Assembly (NCBI GenBank): GCA_965205505.1
Contig: CBDBHB010000009.1
Coordinates: forward strand, 2,240,001-2,304,000
Direction: 5' to 3'
Length of the DNA: 64,000 nt
From: Acidobacteriota bacterium
GTDB taxonomy: Bacteria > Acidobacteriota > UBA890 > WLXD01
Under the pieces are notes generated by a model, which saw only the letters and a program-made list of their open reading frames with translations, was not told where the DNA came from and did no database searches. The position numbers and the translations under genes were made by a program. Within the stretch, counting starts at the first letter, position 1, and the number at the start of each line of letters is the position of its first letter. Below, one piece after another: positions 20,416-30,926 of this stretch.

Positions 20416-21150
20416 ATGGCAGAACCGATGTTTCTGGGCGTCAACATCGACCACATTGCCACCGTCCGACAGGCGCGCCGTGCCCCGGAGCCTGATCCCG
20501 TACAGGCGGCGGTGCTGGCCGAGTTTGGCGGCGCCGACGGCATCACAGTGCATCTTCGTACCGACCGACGTCACATCAGCGACCGCGATGTCGAGTTGCT
20601 CGCCGCGACCGTCAAGACTCACCTGAACGTCGAGATGGCGTCTACCGACGAGATGCTCGAACTCGCTCTACGGTATCGACCTCACAACGTGTCGCTGGTG
20701 CCGGAGCGAGACGACGAGATCACCACCGAGGGCGGCCTCGACGTTGCCACCGATCCGGCGCGGCTACGCGACACGATACGGACGCTGCAAGAAGCGGACA
20801 TCGACGTGGCCATCTTCATCGACCCGGACCATCGTCAGGTCGACGCCGCCGGCGAGCTCGGTGTGCAGCAGATCGAGATCAACACGGCCGCCTATGCCGA
20901 CGCCAGCGAAGGGCGCGACCAGGCTGTCACATTGCGCGCGCTCGAGAAGGCGGCGGCGACTGCGAGGCATGCGTCGGATGGCGGCCTGCGGGTTGCCGCC
21001 GGGCATGGGCTCACCTACCGGAACGTCGGCGCTGTCGTGCAGGTAGCGCAGATCGCCGAGCTCAACATCGGGCACAACATCGTGGCGCGCGCGACCTTCG
21101 TCGGTCTCGCCCGAGCGGTGCGCGAGATGAAGGTGCTGCTGCGCCGCTGA
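20416..21150 (+). CDS. pdxJ: Pyridoxine 5'-phosphate synthase
   Basis: LGVNIDHIATVRQAR, TVHLRTDRRHI, TTEGGLD, AAGHGL, LNIGH. Confidence 0.97.
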   Translation: MAEPMFLGVNIDHIATVRQARRAPEPDPVQAAVLAEFGGADGITVHLRTDRRHISDRDVELLAATVKTHLNVEMASTDEMLELALRYRPHNVSLVPERDDEITTEGGLDVATDPARLRDTIRTLQEADIDVAIFIDPDHRQVDAAGELGVQQIEINTAAYADASEGRDQAVTLRALEKAAATARHASDGGLRVAAGHGLTYRNVGAVVQVAQIAELNIGHNIVARATFVGLARAVREMKVLLRR

Positions 21151-21229
21151 GGCATGTTTCTGGTGCACCCGAATCGGGGTGACGGCAGGGCGTTGGCATT
21201 CTCCGCTTATGCTAGAATCCGACCCGTGT

Positions 21230-21305
21230 GGGCGGTTAGCTCAGCTGGGAGAGCACCTGCCTTACAAGCAGGGGGCCACTGGTTCGAGTCCGGTACCGCC
21301 CACCA
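21230..21305 (+). tRNA. tRNA-Val(TAC)
   Basis: Cloverleaf, anticodon loop CTTACAA, encoded CCA. Confidence 0.97.
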
Positions 21306-21347
21306 TTTTTTCGCCGCCGGCGGCGGCGCGGTAGACGGCTTTTGGGC

Positions 21348-21425
21348 GGGGCCGTGGTGTAGCTTGGTTAACACGCCGGCCTGTCAAGCCGGAGATCGCG
21401 GGTTCAAATCCCGTCGGCCCCGCCA
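21348..21425 (+). tRNA. tRNA-Asp(GTC)
   Basis: Cloverleaf, anticodon loop CTGTCAA, encoded CCA. Confidence 0.97.
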
Positions 21426-21708
21426 GTCTTCCCGCTGAAATCCCAAGCAGTACCGGGTGATTTCGCGATTCCTCTGCCGCACGTGCTACGATCAATCTGG
21501 CGAAGCCCTACGTCGGGCTCGACAAGCCGCGCCGCCTTATCTACCAGGGCGCCGGCATCGAGGGCGCCGACGCTCATCACGCTCGGCAACAAGGGCTACA
21601 CGACGGCTACACAGAGTTTTCGGAAATCAATTAAGCCGTTTACTATTAATGACTTAGATGTCTACAGCTGCCGGCCTCGCACGCCGGAGACCGAGTGCGA
21701 TCATCCCT

Positions 21709-21829
21709 CTAGAAGACTAAAGCGGCGGTACGCGTTGGCCCGCCACTCACTCCGCCGCCCAACTTGAGCGGGAACCCCACGAACACGACGTCGTCTTCTC
21801 CAACGAGGTCCTCCAGAGGCATCGTCTCC
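21709..21829 (-). pseudogene. 3' remnant of a cyclase (kynurenine formamidase-like) gene
   Basis: ETMPLEDL...FVGFPLKLGGGVSGGPTRTAALVF* resembles the C-terminus of the intact cyclase at 33024-34073. Confidence 0.65.
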
Positions 21830-22108
21830 GGCAGCAGCTTCTTGAGCCGGCCGTTCTCGCGCTCCAGCTCCTTGAGCGGCCGCGCCTGATCCACTCGCAC
21901 CCCGCCGTACTCCTTACGCCACCGGTAGTAGGTGTTCTCGCTGATGCCCAGCTTCCGGCACGCCTCCGGGGTCTTGGCTCCTTGCGCCAGCTCGATCTCT
22001 GCCTCCCTGAGCTTGGTGATGATCTGCTCTGACTGGTACCGAAACCGGGGTGGGGTCAGAAGGCCTATGCTCGTCAACCGACGTGGTACTAACCGTGGGG
22101 TCAGGTCA
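21830..22108 (-). mobile_element. IS3-family remnant: OrfA fragment plus terminal inverted repeat(s)
   Basis: EQIITKLREAEIELAQG...CRKLGISENTYYRWRKEYGG...LKELERENGRLKKL; end reads TGACCTGACCCC on the minus strand from 22108; no OrfB. Confidence 0.85.
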
Positions 22109-22110
22109 AC

Positions 22111-22243
22111 TCGACGAGTACACGAAAGTGTTCAGTCACGGCGCTTCCGCGAGCGAGCTGTGGCCGGAGTTGTCGGTTCTTCTCGTGAGCGCTTTGGTCT
22201 TGTTCGGAATCGCCCGTCTCCTAGCCTGTCGCTGGAAAAGCTG
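22111..22243 (+). pseudogene. 3' remnant of an ABC-2 type permease
   Basis: LDEYTKVFSHGASASELWPELSVLLVSALVLFGIARLLACRW resembles the last helix of ABC-2 permeases; begins at the IS3 end. Confidence 0.45.
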
Positions 22244-22280
22244 CTGCTATAGTCGGTCGCATTCATTCGAGGATGCTGAC

Positions 22281-24821
22281 ATGACGCGAAACTCACGGTT
22301 CCGGCTAACGGTCGGGGCTCTTCTACTTCTCATCCTTCCTGTAAGCGTGCTGGCCCAGGGTCGCTATCCGGCGTCGAGACACGGCGGGAACTACATGCAC
22401 AACTTCTATTTCCCGCCGGCTCCCAGCGCGACCCCATGGGCTCCCGACTGGTCTCCCGACGGCACGTGGATCGCGGTGGCCATGAACGGGTCGATCTGGA
22501 GCGTCGATCCCGAGACCGGTCAGGCGCGCGAGCTCACCTACAACGAGAAGTATCACTCACTTCCGGATATCTCGCCCGACGGCAAGTGGCTGGTCTATAC
22601 GGCGGACGACGGCGGTCGAACGATCCAGCTGGAGATGCTGAACCTCGAGACCGGGGAGAGCTACGCCCTCACGAACGACGATCAGATATATGTCGACCCG
22701 GTGTTCTCTCCCGACGGCACGCGCCTCGCGTATGTATCCACGAAGCCCTCGGGCTACTTCAACGTCTATGTCCGCGGCGTGCGCGACGGCCAATGGGATG
22801 GCGAGGAGATCGCGATCACCGAAGACAACAACTACGGCAACGACCGTCTCTACTTCGGCGCATGGGATATGGCGATTACCCCGACGTGGCTCCCCGATGG
22901 GCGGGAACTCCTGTTCGTGTCGAACCGCAACATGCCCCTCGGCTCGGGAAACGTGCTGCGGGCGGCGGTGGCTCCTTCGAGCGTCGAGGAATCCCAAACC
23001 GTGCTTTCCGAGCAAACCCTGTACCGGACCCGTCCCGACGTGTCTCTCGACGGCAAGCGATTCATCTACGCGTCGACGGGTGGCTCCGCTGATCAGTTCA
23101 CCAACCTCTACGTCCAGCCCACGGTGGGCGGTGAGCCGTACAAGATGACGTTCTTCAGTCACGACGCTTTTCATCCGCGGTTTTCACCGGATGGAGAGTG
23201 GATCGCCTACATCGGGAACAAGGAGGGTCTACCCCAGCTCGAGCTCCTTGAGACCTACGGGGGGGCCCAGAGGACGATCCACATCACCGATCGTCGCTGG
23301 CGCCGTCCGATGGGCGTGCTATCGGTACGGACCGTCGTGGCCGGATCGTCAACGCCCGTAGGCTCGCGGGTTCACCTGCGCGCGTCGGATGGAAAGTTCT
23401 ACGCGCCGACCACGGCCTATGCGCGCGGCTCCGGTGTTGGCGACGATATCTTCCATCACGAAGGCACGTTCCGCGTCGAGGTGCCGCCCGGGCCCGTGGA
23501 GCTCACCATCGTGAAAGGGTTCGAGTACTGGCCGCAGACGCTCGAGGCCGACATCGAGGCGGGCGAGGTGAGCCAGCTCACCGTCTCACTCGAGCCGATG
23601 ACGGACATGGCCGCGAAGGGCTGGTACAGCGGCTCGACGCATGTCCACATGAACTACGCCGGCAACCTGCACAACACGCTCGAGAATCTGATGATGATGT
23701 CGGAGGCGGAGGACCAGGACATCGTCAACGAGCAGGTGGCGAACAAGGACAACCGTATCCTCGACTATCAATTCTTCGTTCCCGGCGGCGGGCCGCACCC
23801 GCTGTCGACGCCCGACCGAATCCTCGTGGTGGGCCAGGAGTACCGGCCGCCGTTCTATGGCCACGTGTTCATGTTCGGCCTCGAGGACCATCTCATCTCG
23901 CCTTATACGACCGGCTATGAGGGTACCGCCATCGAGAGCCTCTATCCGAGCAACACGGACATGTTCCGCAAAGCGAGAGCGCAGGGAGCGACCGTCGGCT
24001 ACGTGCACGCGTTTTCCGGCGAGAACGATCCGCTCGAAGGCAATCTAGGCGGAGCCAAGGGGTACATGGTCGACGCCGCGCTCGGGACCACGGACGCGGT
24101 CGAGTGGTCGCAGGCGGGCCGTTCCGGCTTCTATCCGTGGTACGCGACGCTCAACAACGGCGTCCACGTCACCGCGACCGGAGGTGAAGACTCGATCAGC
24201 AACCTGCACTTGAGCAAGCTGGTCGGATCGGTGTGCACCTATGTCTACACCGGTGAGCGCGGGCTCGACATGGAAGCGTGGTTCGAGGGCTTGCGTGAAG
24301 GACGTGCGTTCGTCTCCACGGGACCGCTCGTCGAGCTGACCGTCGACGGGCAGATGCCTGGGGATCGGGTGGCGCTCGCTCCGGGGGGCGGAAGCGTCGA
24401 GGTCGAGGCGAGGGTGCGCAGCATCACGCCGCTGAAAACGATCCTCCTCGTTTACAACGGAGAGGTCATCGAGGAGTTCGCGCCGTCCGGGGAGCGCACC
24501 AGCTTCGACTTGAAGAAGTCCTATACCGTGAGCGAGAGTGGCTGGTTCCATCTTCGTGCCGAGGGTGACCCGGAGCAGCGCTTTCCGCTCGATGCCGTTT
24601 ATGCGCAAGGCTTAACCAATCCGATCTGGGTCGACGTCGGGGATCAGCCGGTGCGCGATCGTGCCTCGGCCCAGTACTCGGTCCGATGGATCGACAAGTT
24701 ACGGGAGATGGCCGAGGCGTGGCCCGGCTGGCGTTCGGACCGGGAGCGGGCGCACGTTTTCGCCCAGTTCGACGAGGCGCGGGCGATTTACCAACGGCTT
24801 CTGTCCGAAGCGCCTCGCTAG
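22281..24821 (+). CDS. Secreted TolB/PD40 beta-propeller fused to a CehA/McbA-family (PHP-like) metallohydrolase
   Basis: Signal peptide from ATG 22281, repeated PxxSPDG, GWYSGSTHVHM, GQEYRPPFYGH, GYVH, GGED. Confidence 0.85.
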   Translation: MTRNSRFRLTVGALLLLILPVSVLAQGRYPASRHGGNYMHNFYFPPAPSATPWAPDWSPDGTWIAVAMNGSIWSVDPETGQARELTYNEKYHSLPDISPDGKWLVYTADDGGRTIQLEMLNLETGESYALTNDDQIYVDPVFSPDGTRLAYVSTKPSGYFNVYVRGVRDGQWDGEEIAITEDNNYGNDRLYFGAWDMAITPTWLPDGRELLFVSNRNMPLGSGNVLRAAVAPSSVEESQTVLSEQTLYRTRPDVSLDGKRFIYASTGGSADQFTNLYVQPTVGGEPYKMTFFSHDAFHPRFSPDGEWIAYIGNKEGLPQLELLETYGGAQRTIHITDRRWRRPMGVLSVRTVVAGSSTPVGSRVHLRASDGKFYAPTTAYARGSGVGDDIFHHEGTFRVEVPPGPVELTIVKGFEYWPQTLEADIEAGEVSQLTVSLEPMTDMAAKGWYSGSTHVHMNYAGNLHNTLENLMMMSEAEDQDIVNEQVANKDNRILDYQFFVPGGGPHPLSTPDRILVVGQEYRPPFYGHVFMFGLEDHLISPYTTGYEGTAIESLYPSNTDMFRKARAQGATVGYVHAFSGENDPLEGNLGGAKGYMVDAALGTTDAVEWSQAGRSGFYPWYATLNNGVHVTATGGEDSISNLHLSKLVGSVCTYVYTGERGLDMEAWFEGLREGRAFVSTGPLVELTVDGQMPGDRVALAPGGGSVEVEARVRSITPLKTILLVYNGEVIEEFAPSGERTSFDLKKSYTVSESGWFHLRAEGDPEQRFPLDAVYAQGLTNPIWVDVGDQPVRDRASAQYSVRWIDKLREMAEAWPGWRSDRERAHVFAQFDEARAIYQRLLSEAPR

Positions 24822-24854
24822 AGCGCGCAGGCCTAATCGGGTGCCGGGTTCCAT

Positions 24855-25060
24855 GGCGCTACCGCAGAGGGGTGGGTGAGCGCCGCATGCGTCCCGTCAG
24901 AGCCGGCGAGATCCAACGGGAGGGCAGGGAATGCCCAGGCTGGAAGGTTCAAGAAGGAGGGTAGTAGCCCCAACGGTCACGATTTCGAACACCACGCGGA
25001 GTACGTGGCGCGGCTGGCGAGGGCTAGGTAGCGGAGCTACGGATCCGTCACCACCCACCG
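24855..25060 (+). mobile_element. Possible IS110-type non-coding left end (bridge-RNA-like) without a transposase
   Basis: Consecutive hairpins, one long stem with internal loops (tagccc...gggcta), then ggtagcggagcta; IS110 assignment is by recall only. Confidence 0.4.
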
Positions 25061-25076
25061 ATTCGTCGAGGCGCTT

Positions 25077-27221
25077 CTACGGATGTCGCCCACCGGTACT
25101 GCCTTGCTCGGCTACGTAGCGAATGTAGTGGCGCATCGCCAACAGCTCGTCGTCGGTGAGCTCGGGATAGGCTGGCATTCCGCGTGCCACGCGGCTGCCG
25201 TCGCGGACGACGGTCGCGAACGCGATGTCGGAAAGCACCACGCGAGAGGCTCTGAGATCCGGTGTTACACCGGCGGCAATCGCGCCTCTTCCGTGGCAGA
25301 GTTCGCACAGCCCAGAATATTCTGTGCCGCCCCGCAGCAGCAGGGTGGGGTCGACGTCGAAGTCGGCAGCTGCAATCGGTACCGGCACCACCGGCGGCGG
25401 CGATGTCGGTAGGCTGACCGCTCCGTCGAGGGAAAACGCCACAAGACGGCGTGGGTGTGCGCCGTACGCCCACCCATGCGAAGCTCCTTCGGCCCCCCCA
25501 CCGCCGCCATCACACCGCCCCAGCCGACCAGCAGAGCGACGTACTGGCGCCCGTTGATCGCATAGGTGATCGGCGGGGCGGAGATCCCTGAACCCACGTC
25601 GAAGGTCCACAACGTGGAGCCGCTCGCGGCGTCATGCGCCGCGAGCGTCCCGTCGACTCGTCCCTGGAACACCAGGTTGCCGGCGTCATCGTTCCGGGAT
25701 TCCAGAGGCCGCCTAGCGGAACCTCCCAGGCCAGTTCCTGGCGCACCGGATCCCACGCTTGCAGGGATCCGAGCACGCCGTCCGGCCTACTGGACCCTGC
25801 CAGGTTGTACCTGACCCCCACTCCGAGCCTTCCCACCGGTGAGTCCCAGGCTTCGAGGTCGATACCCTCGTCGCTGAACATCGTCGCCGTGTGGATTGTC
25901 GGCATGTAGGCCAACCCGGTGGACGGGTTGTAGGACATGGCAGGCCAGTTGTGGGCGCCGATCGGCCCCGGCGCGATCCGGGCCGGTCGATCATCGTACC
26001 GCGCGCCCGACACCTCGACGGGTCGGCCGGTCTCCAGATCGATCTCCGTCGCCCAGGTGACCTCGGCGAACGGTTCGGCCGAGATCAGCTTCCCGGTCTC
26101 GCGGTCGATCACGTAGAAGAAACCGTTCTTTGGGGCGTGCAGGATTGCTTTCACGTCGCGGCCGTCGATCTCGAGGTCGGCCAGGACGATGTCCATGTTG
26201 GAGTTGTAGTCCCACGTCTCGCCGGGCGTCGTCTGGTAGTGCCACAGGTACTCACCGGTATCCGGGTCGAGGGCGACAATGGAACACAGGAACAGGTTGT
26301 CGCCGCCCCCGGGGCTGCGGATCTTCCGGTTCCACGGTGAGCCGTTGCCGGTGCCGATGTACAGCACGTCTAGCTCGGCGTCGTAGGTGAAACCGTGCCA
26401 GGCGTTACCGCCGCCGCCGAACTTCCACCACTCGCCGGTCCAGGTCTCGGCGGCCATCGCCATGGCGTCGTTCTCGAACCCGTCGGCGGGGTTGCCGGGT
26501 ACGATCCAGAAGCGCCAGGCCTGCTCGCCGGTCTCGGCATCGTAAGCGGTGACGTAGCCGCGGGCGGCGCCGTTCTCGGTGCCGCCGTTACCGATCAGCA
26601 CCTTGCCCTTGAAGATCTTGGGGGCGCCGGTGATGTAGTAGTGGACGGCCGGGTCGACCGTCATGACGCTCCACAGCTCCTCTCCGGTGGTGGCGTCGAC
26701 AGCGTTGAGACGCCCGTCCCAGGTGGCGACGTAGACCTTGCCTTTCCAGAACCCGATGCCCCGGCTGTGGTCCCAGCCGGCCCGCATGCGATGGGCCGCG
26801 TGCCCGACGATGTCCGGGTCATACTCCCACAGCATCTCGCCGCTGGTTCCGTCGACGGCGCGCACGACGTTCATGCTGCCGATGAAGTACAGGATGCCGT
26901 CGACAACGAGCGGGTGGAAGTCAGGCCCCGATCGTTCGGCAGGTCGAGATACCAATCGACCGACAGGTCACCGACGTTAAACGTATTGACCTGGGTCAGG
27001 GGGCTGAAGCGCTGCTCGCTGTAGGTTCTCCCGAACGCCAGCCAGTTGTCGCCCCGCGACTCGTCGACCATGGCGCTGTCGTTGACCACGGTGGGCGACT
27101 GTGGCCTGCCGGATGATTGGGCGGCGCCGGGAGCTTGAGCGGAGCAGACCGCTCACACCATTGACGGCAGCAGCATCCACCGGCCACGGGTTTTCAGCGA
27201 TACAGACTCAGTGCGGTACAT
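25077..27221 (-). pseudogene. Quinohemoprotein (PQQ plus cytochrome c) alcohol dehydrogenase, disrupted
   Basis: GRTYSEQRFSPL, PQQ repeats, WDYN, GAHNW, C-terminal CELCH; in-frame TGA at 27153-27155 and frameshifts near 26920, 25685 and 25495. Confidence 0.88.
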
Positions 27222-27510
27222 GGGTAGCTGATCTCCGTTTCCGGGTGGTCTGCGCGCTAGTTCTCGTCAGGCAGTTGGGGTCGGCACTGACTCTATCCAC
27301 GAAACCGAGGCTCAACAACAGAGGCGGCGCGACGAGTGACTCAATCGGCGTGACTGTAAACTGGGTCCGTTGGCTTTGCCGCGCGCGTGGAACCAGCGGC
27401 GCTCGCCTGGCGAACCGCCGATCATCTCGTGACGAACTGGGAGACGATCGCCTGAGGGAGGCTGCTGCGGGTCGATGATCGTACGTGCACACAGGCAAAG
27501 GAAAGCAAAG

Positions 27511-28587
27511 ATGAACGGCAAGCTCTCGGTATCGTTCTCTCCAAGGCACTATCCGATCGTCGTGGCGGCGCTTGCATCGGTTGCGGCGGTGTCATCCTAC
27601 CCTTCTGTCCAGCAGGGCCAGGTCTCCGAGGCTGCACCGTGGGAGGTGCCCAGAACGTCGCACGGTCATCCGGACCTCCAAGGGAACTGGACCAATGCGA
27701 CGCTGACCCCCTTCCAGCGCCTCGCAGGCCAGGGACCTGTTCTCACGTGGGAGGAGGTCGCCGAGATCGAAGCCAGGCAGATCGAAATGGTCGCCCGAGG
27801 CGCTGCTCCGAGCGATCCGAACCGCCCGCCGCTTCCGGCCGGGGGTACGATTCCAGAGTGCATCCATTCGGCGACAGATTGCTACAACGAAGTCTACCGA
27901 GAGCCCGGTGAGCGGGTAGCGATCGTGAACGGTGAGCCACGGAGCTCGCTTGTCACAAATCCGCCGGACGGACGCGCGCCGGAGCTGACGCACGAGGGGC
28001 GTCGCCGGGTCGACAAGTATCGGGAGCTCAGGAGCCAGTTCGGTCCGTATGACCATCCGGAACTCCGCCCACCTGGCGAACGATGCCTTGTATCGTTCCA
28101 ATCAAGCGCCGGACCGCCGATGCTGCCCAACTACTGGTACAACAACAACTACACCATCGTACAAAATGCCGATCACGTGGTGATCATGGCAGAGATGGTG
28201 CACGACGCGCGGATCATTCGGCTCGGCGAGCCGACGGCGCTGCCGAAGGACGTCCGTCCGTGGTTCGGTGACTCATGGGGGCGCTGGGAGGAGGACACGT
28301 TGGTGGTCGAAACCACCAACGTGAATCCCGAGCACGCGTTCCGTGGTGTGAAGCCGTCCGCAAAACGGAAGGTGACGGAACGCTTCACCCGGGTGGACGA
28401 GGACACGATTCACTACGAGTTCACCATCGACGACCCGACGATGTACACGAGTGCCTGGGGTGGCGAGGTTCCTTTCGAGCGGTTCGACCAACCGCTGTAC
28501 GAGTACGCCTGCCACGAGGGCAACTACTCGCTCGCCAACGTGCTGCGCGGGGCCCGGTATCAGGAGATGGTGGAAGCGCAGAGATAA
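27511..28587 (+). CDS. Conserved secreted hypothetical protein
   Basis: Signal peptide, GHPDLQGNW, YNNNYTIVQ, GDSWGRWEEDTLVVET, YEYACHEGNY. Confidence 0.85.
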   Translation: MNGKLSVSFSPRHYPIVVAALASVAAVSSYPSVQQGQVSEAAPWEVPRTSHGHPDLQGNWTNATLTPFQRLAGQGPVLTWEEVAEIEARQIEMVARGAAPSDPNRPPLPAGGTIPECIHSATDCYNEVYREPGERVAIVNGEPRSSLVTNPPDGRAPELTHEGRRRVDKYRELRSQFGPYDHPELRPPGERCLVSFQSSAGPPMLPNYWYNNNYTIVQNADHVVIMAEMVHDARIIRLGEPTALPKDVRPWFGDSWGRWEEDTLVVETTNVNPEHAFRGVKPSAKRKVTERFTRVDEDTIHYEFTIDDPTMYTSAWGGEVPFERFDQPLYEYACHEGNYSLANVLRGARYQEMVEAQR

Positions 28588-28600
28588 TCTCTCGCGTGCG

Positions 28601-28720
28601 TCAGCGCTCCACCGTCTCGGCCTGTCGTCGGATGTAGTGGCGCAGCGCCAGGAGCTCCTTGTCGGTGAGCTCAGGGTACACGGGTATTCCGCGAGCCAGG
28701 CGGGAGCCGTCGCGTACCAC
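28601..28720 (-). pseudogene. 3' remnant of a second quinohemoprotein cytochrome c domain
   Basis: VVRDGSRLARGIPVYPELTDKELLALRHYIRRQAETVER* closely parallels VVRDGSRVARGMPAYPELTDDELLAMRHYIR near 25120-25215. Confidence 0.8.
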
Positions 28721-28800
28721 GGACGACAACGGGCTCCATCGATCCGGCGGGCGATCTCCAGGGCCTCATCTACTTTGATGCGACCGGTAGCTTCAAAATG

Positions 28801-30738
28801 TCACGGCTCTGGCAGGATGAGCATCTGAAGCTTCGAAGGTCGCATCCGATCGTGATAGACGCTGTTGCGCGCCGGTGCCATGTGCGTGTGATGACCGGGG
28901 CGCTCGCCGGTGTTCGGGTTGACATCGAAGAAGGGATAGTTGCTGCTCGACACGTCGAGTCGAATCCGGTGCCCCTTCTTGAACCGGGCGGCAATGCCGA
29001 GAAGATCGATCTCGATCTCGTAGATTTCACCAGGGACCAGGGGCTTTGCTGATGCCAAGCTGTCTCGGTAGCGGGCCCGAACGATGCTGTCCGCCAGCAG
29101 CATCGAATAACCGGCGGGTGCGTGAGGACCCGGGGGATGCACATCGACAAGCTTGGCGGTGAAGTCGGTGTCGACCGCTGACGAGGCTATCCAAAGGCTC
29201 ACCGTAACCGGACCGACGACGACGTCCTCCTGCAAAGGTGCCGTCTGAAAGACGAGCACGTCGCGGCGCGCTGCCAGCGGTAGATTGTCCTTGCAGGGGA
29301 AGAACCTCGTTGTATCGCACCGTTGGTCGTACGGGCCGGCCGGGCTCACGTTGTTGCCGGAGCTGACCTTCCCACCGATCGTCGGCACCGGATCGGTTGG
29401 ATCGAAGGTGAAGACAGATGGCTCGGCGACGGAACGCGGCGCTTGCAGATCGAGCCGGCCGTTCGGTTGCAGATAGTAGGCTCGAGACTCGGCAGCCGCG
29501 GGCGGCCAACCCCCGAGCGACCGCCAGCCGCCATCGTGTCGATGGCGGTCTTCCGTGTTACGAGAGCCATCTCCGCCCCCCATGACGAACACACGGACGG
29601 GCGGTTCGTCGGTGAAGCCGGTGTCCTTGCCACGCAACACGTGGTCGAACCAGCGTAGCTGCTCCGCCTCCAGATCGATTGCGGCGTCGACTCCGAAGTC
29701 GACCTCACCGCTGGTTCGCGGCCCGACACCATGGGTCCATGGACCGACCAGCAGGCGCTTCTCGCTCGATTGGATCGCCGAGAGCATCGAATAGCCCTTC
29801 AACGTGCCGCGCAGGAAGATGTCGTACCAACCGCCAACAAAGTAGACAGGGATGTCCGGGAAGTCGTCATAGTAAGGCTCGAAGGCATAGCCGTTCTGGG
29901 TCCAGTAGTCGTCGAGGGCGGAGTGATCGACCCAATCCTGGAACCAGCGCTGATAACTCGGCACCAGCTCCAGCGGCGACCCATGCGGCCGGTATGGGTA
30001 GGCCTGAAGCCAAGCCGCGAGGTTGTCATGCTGCAGAGCGGCCTGCAGGGCTGTCTTCAGAGCCGGTTGGCGATCGGCTTCCTGGCCGGTGCTAGCCAGG
30101 TAGAGCGCATAGGCGAGGTTGTGCCGGAGCGCGAAGGCGCCACCACTACCGGCACCGTCTAGCCAGTAATGAGAGCTACCGACACGCTGGAACATCGCTT
30201 TGAGGTGCGGTGGACGCTCCGCGGCCAGCGCATTCTGCGTGGCGGCGTAGTACGACGCTCCGAAGGTGCCGACGTCACCGTTCGAGAAGGGCTGCGCGGC
30301 TGCCCATTCCACGGTGTCGTAGCCGTCGGGCCCCTCGTTGACGTAGGCATAAAACTCGCCCTCCGAGTCGAATCGACCGCGGACATCCTGAGTCAACACC
30401 ACATAGCCGTGTCGCGCCATGGAACGCGCAGGCTCCTCGGAACAGCCATAGCCGACTGCGTCCGGGTTCCGGAACGACTTCCCGTAGGGCGTACGGCAGA
30501 GCAAAGTCGGGAACCGTCCATCGACCGCCCTGCCTCCACGAGCCGGCCGATAGATGTCCGTGGCCAGTCGGATGCCGTCCCGCATCGGCACCATGACATC
30601 GTGTGCGACGATCACATCGTCGTAACGTTCGGTCTGCTGCGGGGAGTAGGCATGCTCGGACCCGAAAACGGCGCTCGCCGCCCCGATGACAACGAGCCAA
30701 CCTGGCAACAGCTGCTTCCACGAGGTCCTCTGTCGCAT
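28801..30738 (-). CDS. CocE/NonD family serine hydrolase (peptidase S15)
   Basis: MRDGIRLATDIY, RTPY, QDVRGRFDSEG, GASY nucleophile, GWYD, GPWTH, PepX_C-like tail; signal peptide. Confidence 0.93.
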   Translation of the reverse strand: MRQRTSWKQLLPGWLVVIGAASAVFGSEHAYSPQQTERYDDVIVAHDVMVPMRDGIRLATDIYRPARGGRAVDGRFPTLLCRTPYGKSFRNPDAVGYGCSEEPARSMARHGYVVLTQDVRGRFDSEGEFYAYVNEGPDGYDTVEWAAAQPFSNGDVGTFGASYYAATQNALAAERPPHLKAMFQRVGSSHYWLDGAGSGGAFALRHNLAYALYLASTGQEADRQPALKTALQAALQHDNLAAWLQAYPYRPHGSPLELVPSYQRWFQDWVDHSALDDYWTQNGYAFEPYYDDFPDIPVYFVGGWYDIFLRGTLKGYSMLSAIQSSEKRLLVGPWTHGVGPRTSGEVDFGVDAAIDLEAEQLRWFDHVLRGKDTGFTDEPPVRVFVMGGGDGSRNTEDRHRHDGGWRSLGGWPPAAAESRAYYLQPNGRLDLQAPRSVAEPSVFTFDPTDPVPTIGGKVSSGNNVSPAGPYDQRCDTTRFFPCKDNLPLAARRDVLVFQTAPLQEDVVVGPVTVSLWIASSAVDTDFTAKLVDVHPPGPHAPAGYSMLLADSIVRARYRDSLASAKPLVPGEIYEIEIDLLGIAARFKKGHRIRLDVSSSNYPFFDVNPNTGERPGHHTHMAPARNSVYHDRMRPSKLQMLILPEP

Positions 30739-30926
30739 CTGATCTAGATCCCTCCGGCTGTAGGGAGTCGGGAATAGGCGCGTTGCGCCTACCAGCTAAT
30801 AGGAAGATGGTCCCTTTTCGCGCGCGATTATCCAGGTTGAGAGTGACTAGAAGCGATGAGGGGTTAAGTTGAAACACCCTGGGAAGCCCTGCCCGGCAGA
30901 AGTCGCGTACGAAGCCGAAGCAGCCG

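Noticed and set aside
22050-22280. N-terminal extension of the 923-aa ORF
   Set aside because: Made up of the IS end and the permease remnant; the signal peptide starts at ATG 22281
27285-27316. Possible IS3-type right end (tatccacgaaaccgaggctcaaca)
   Set aside because: No partner IR or transposase nearby; too short to support
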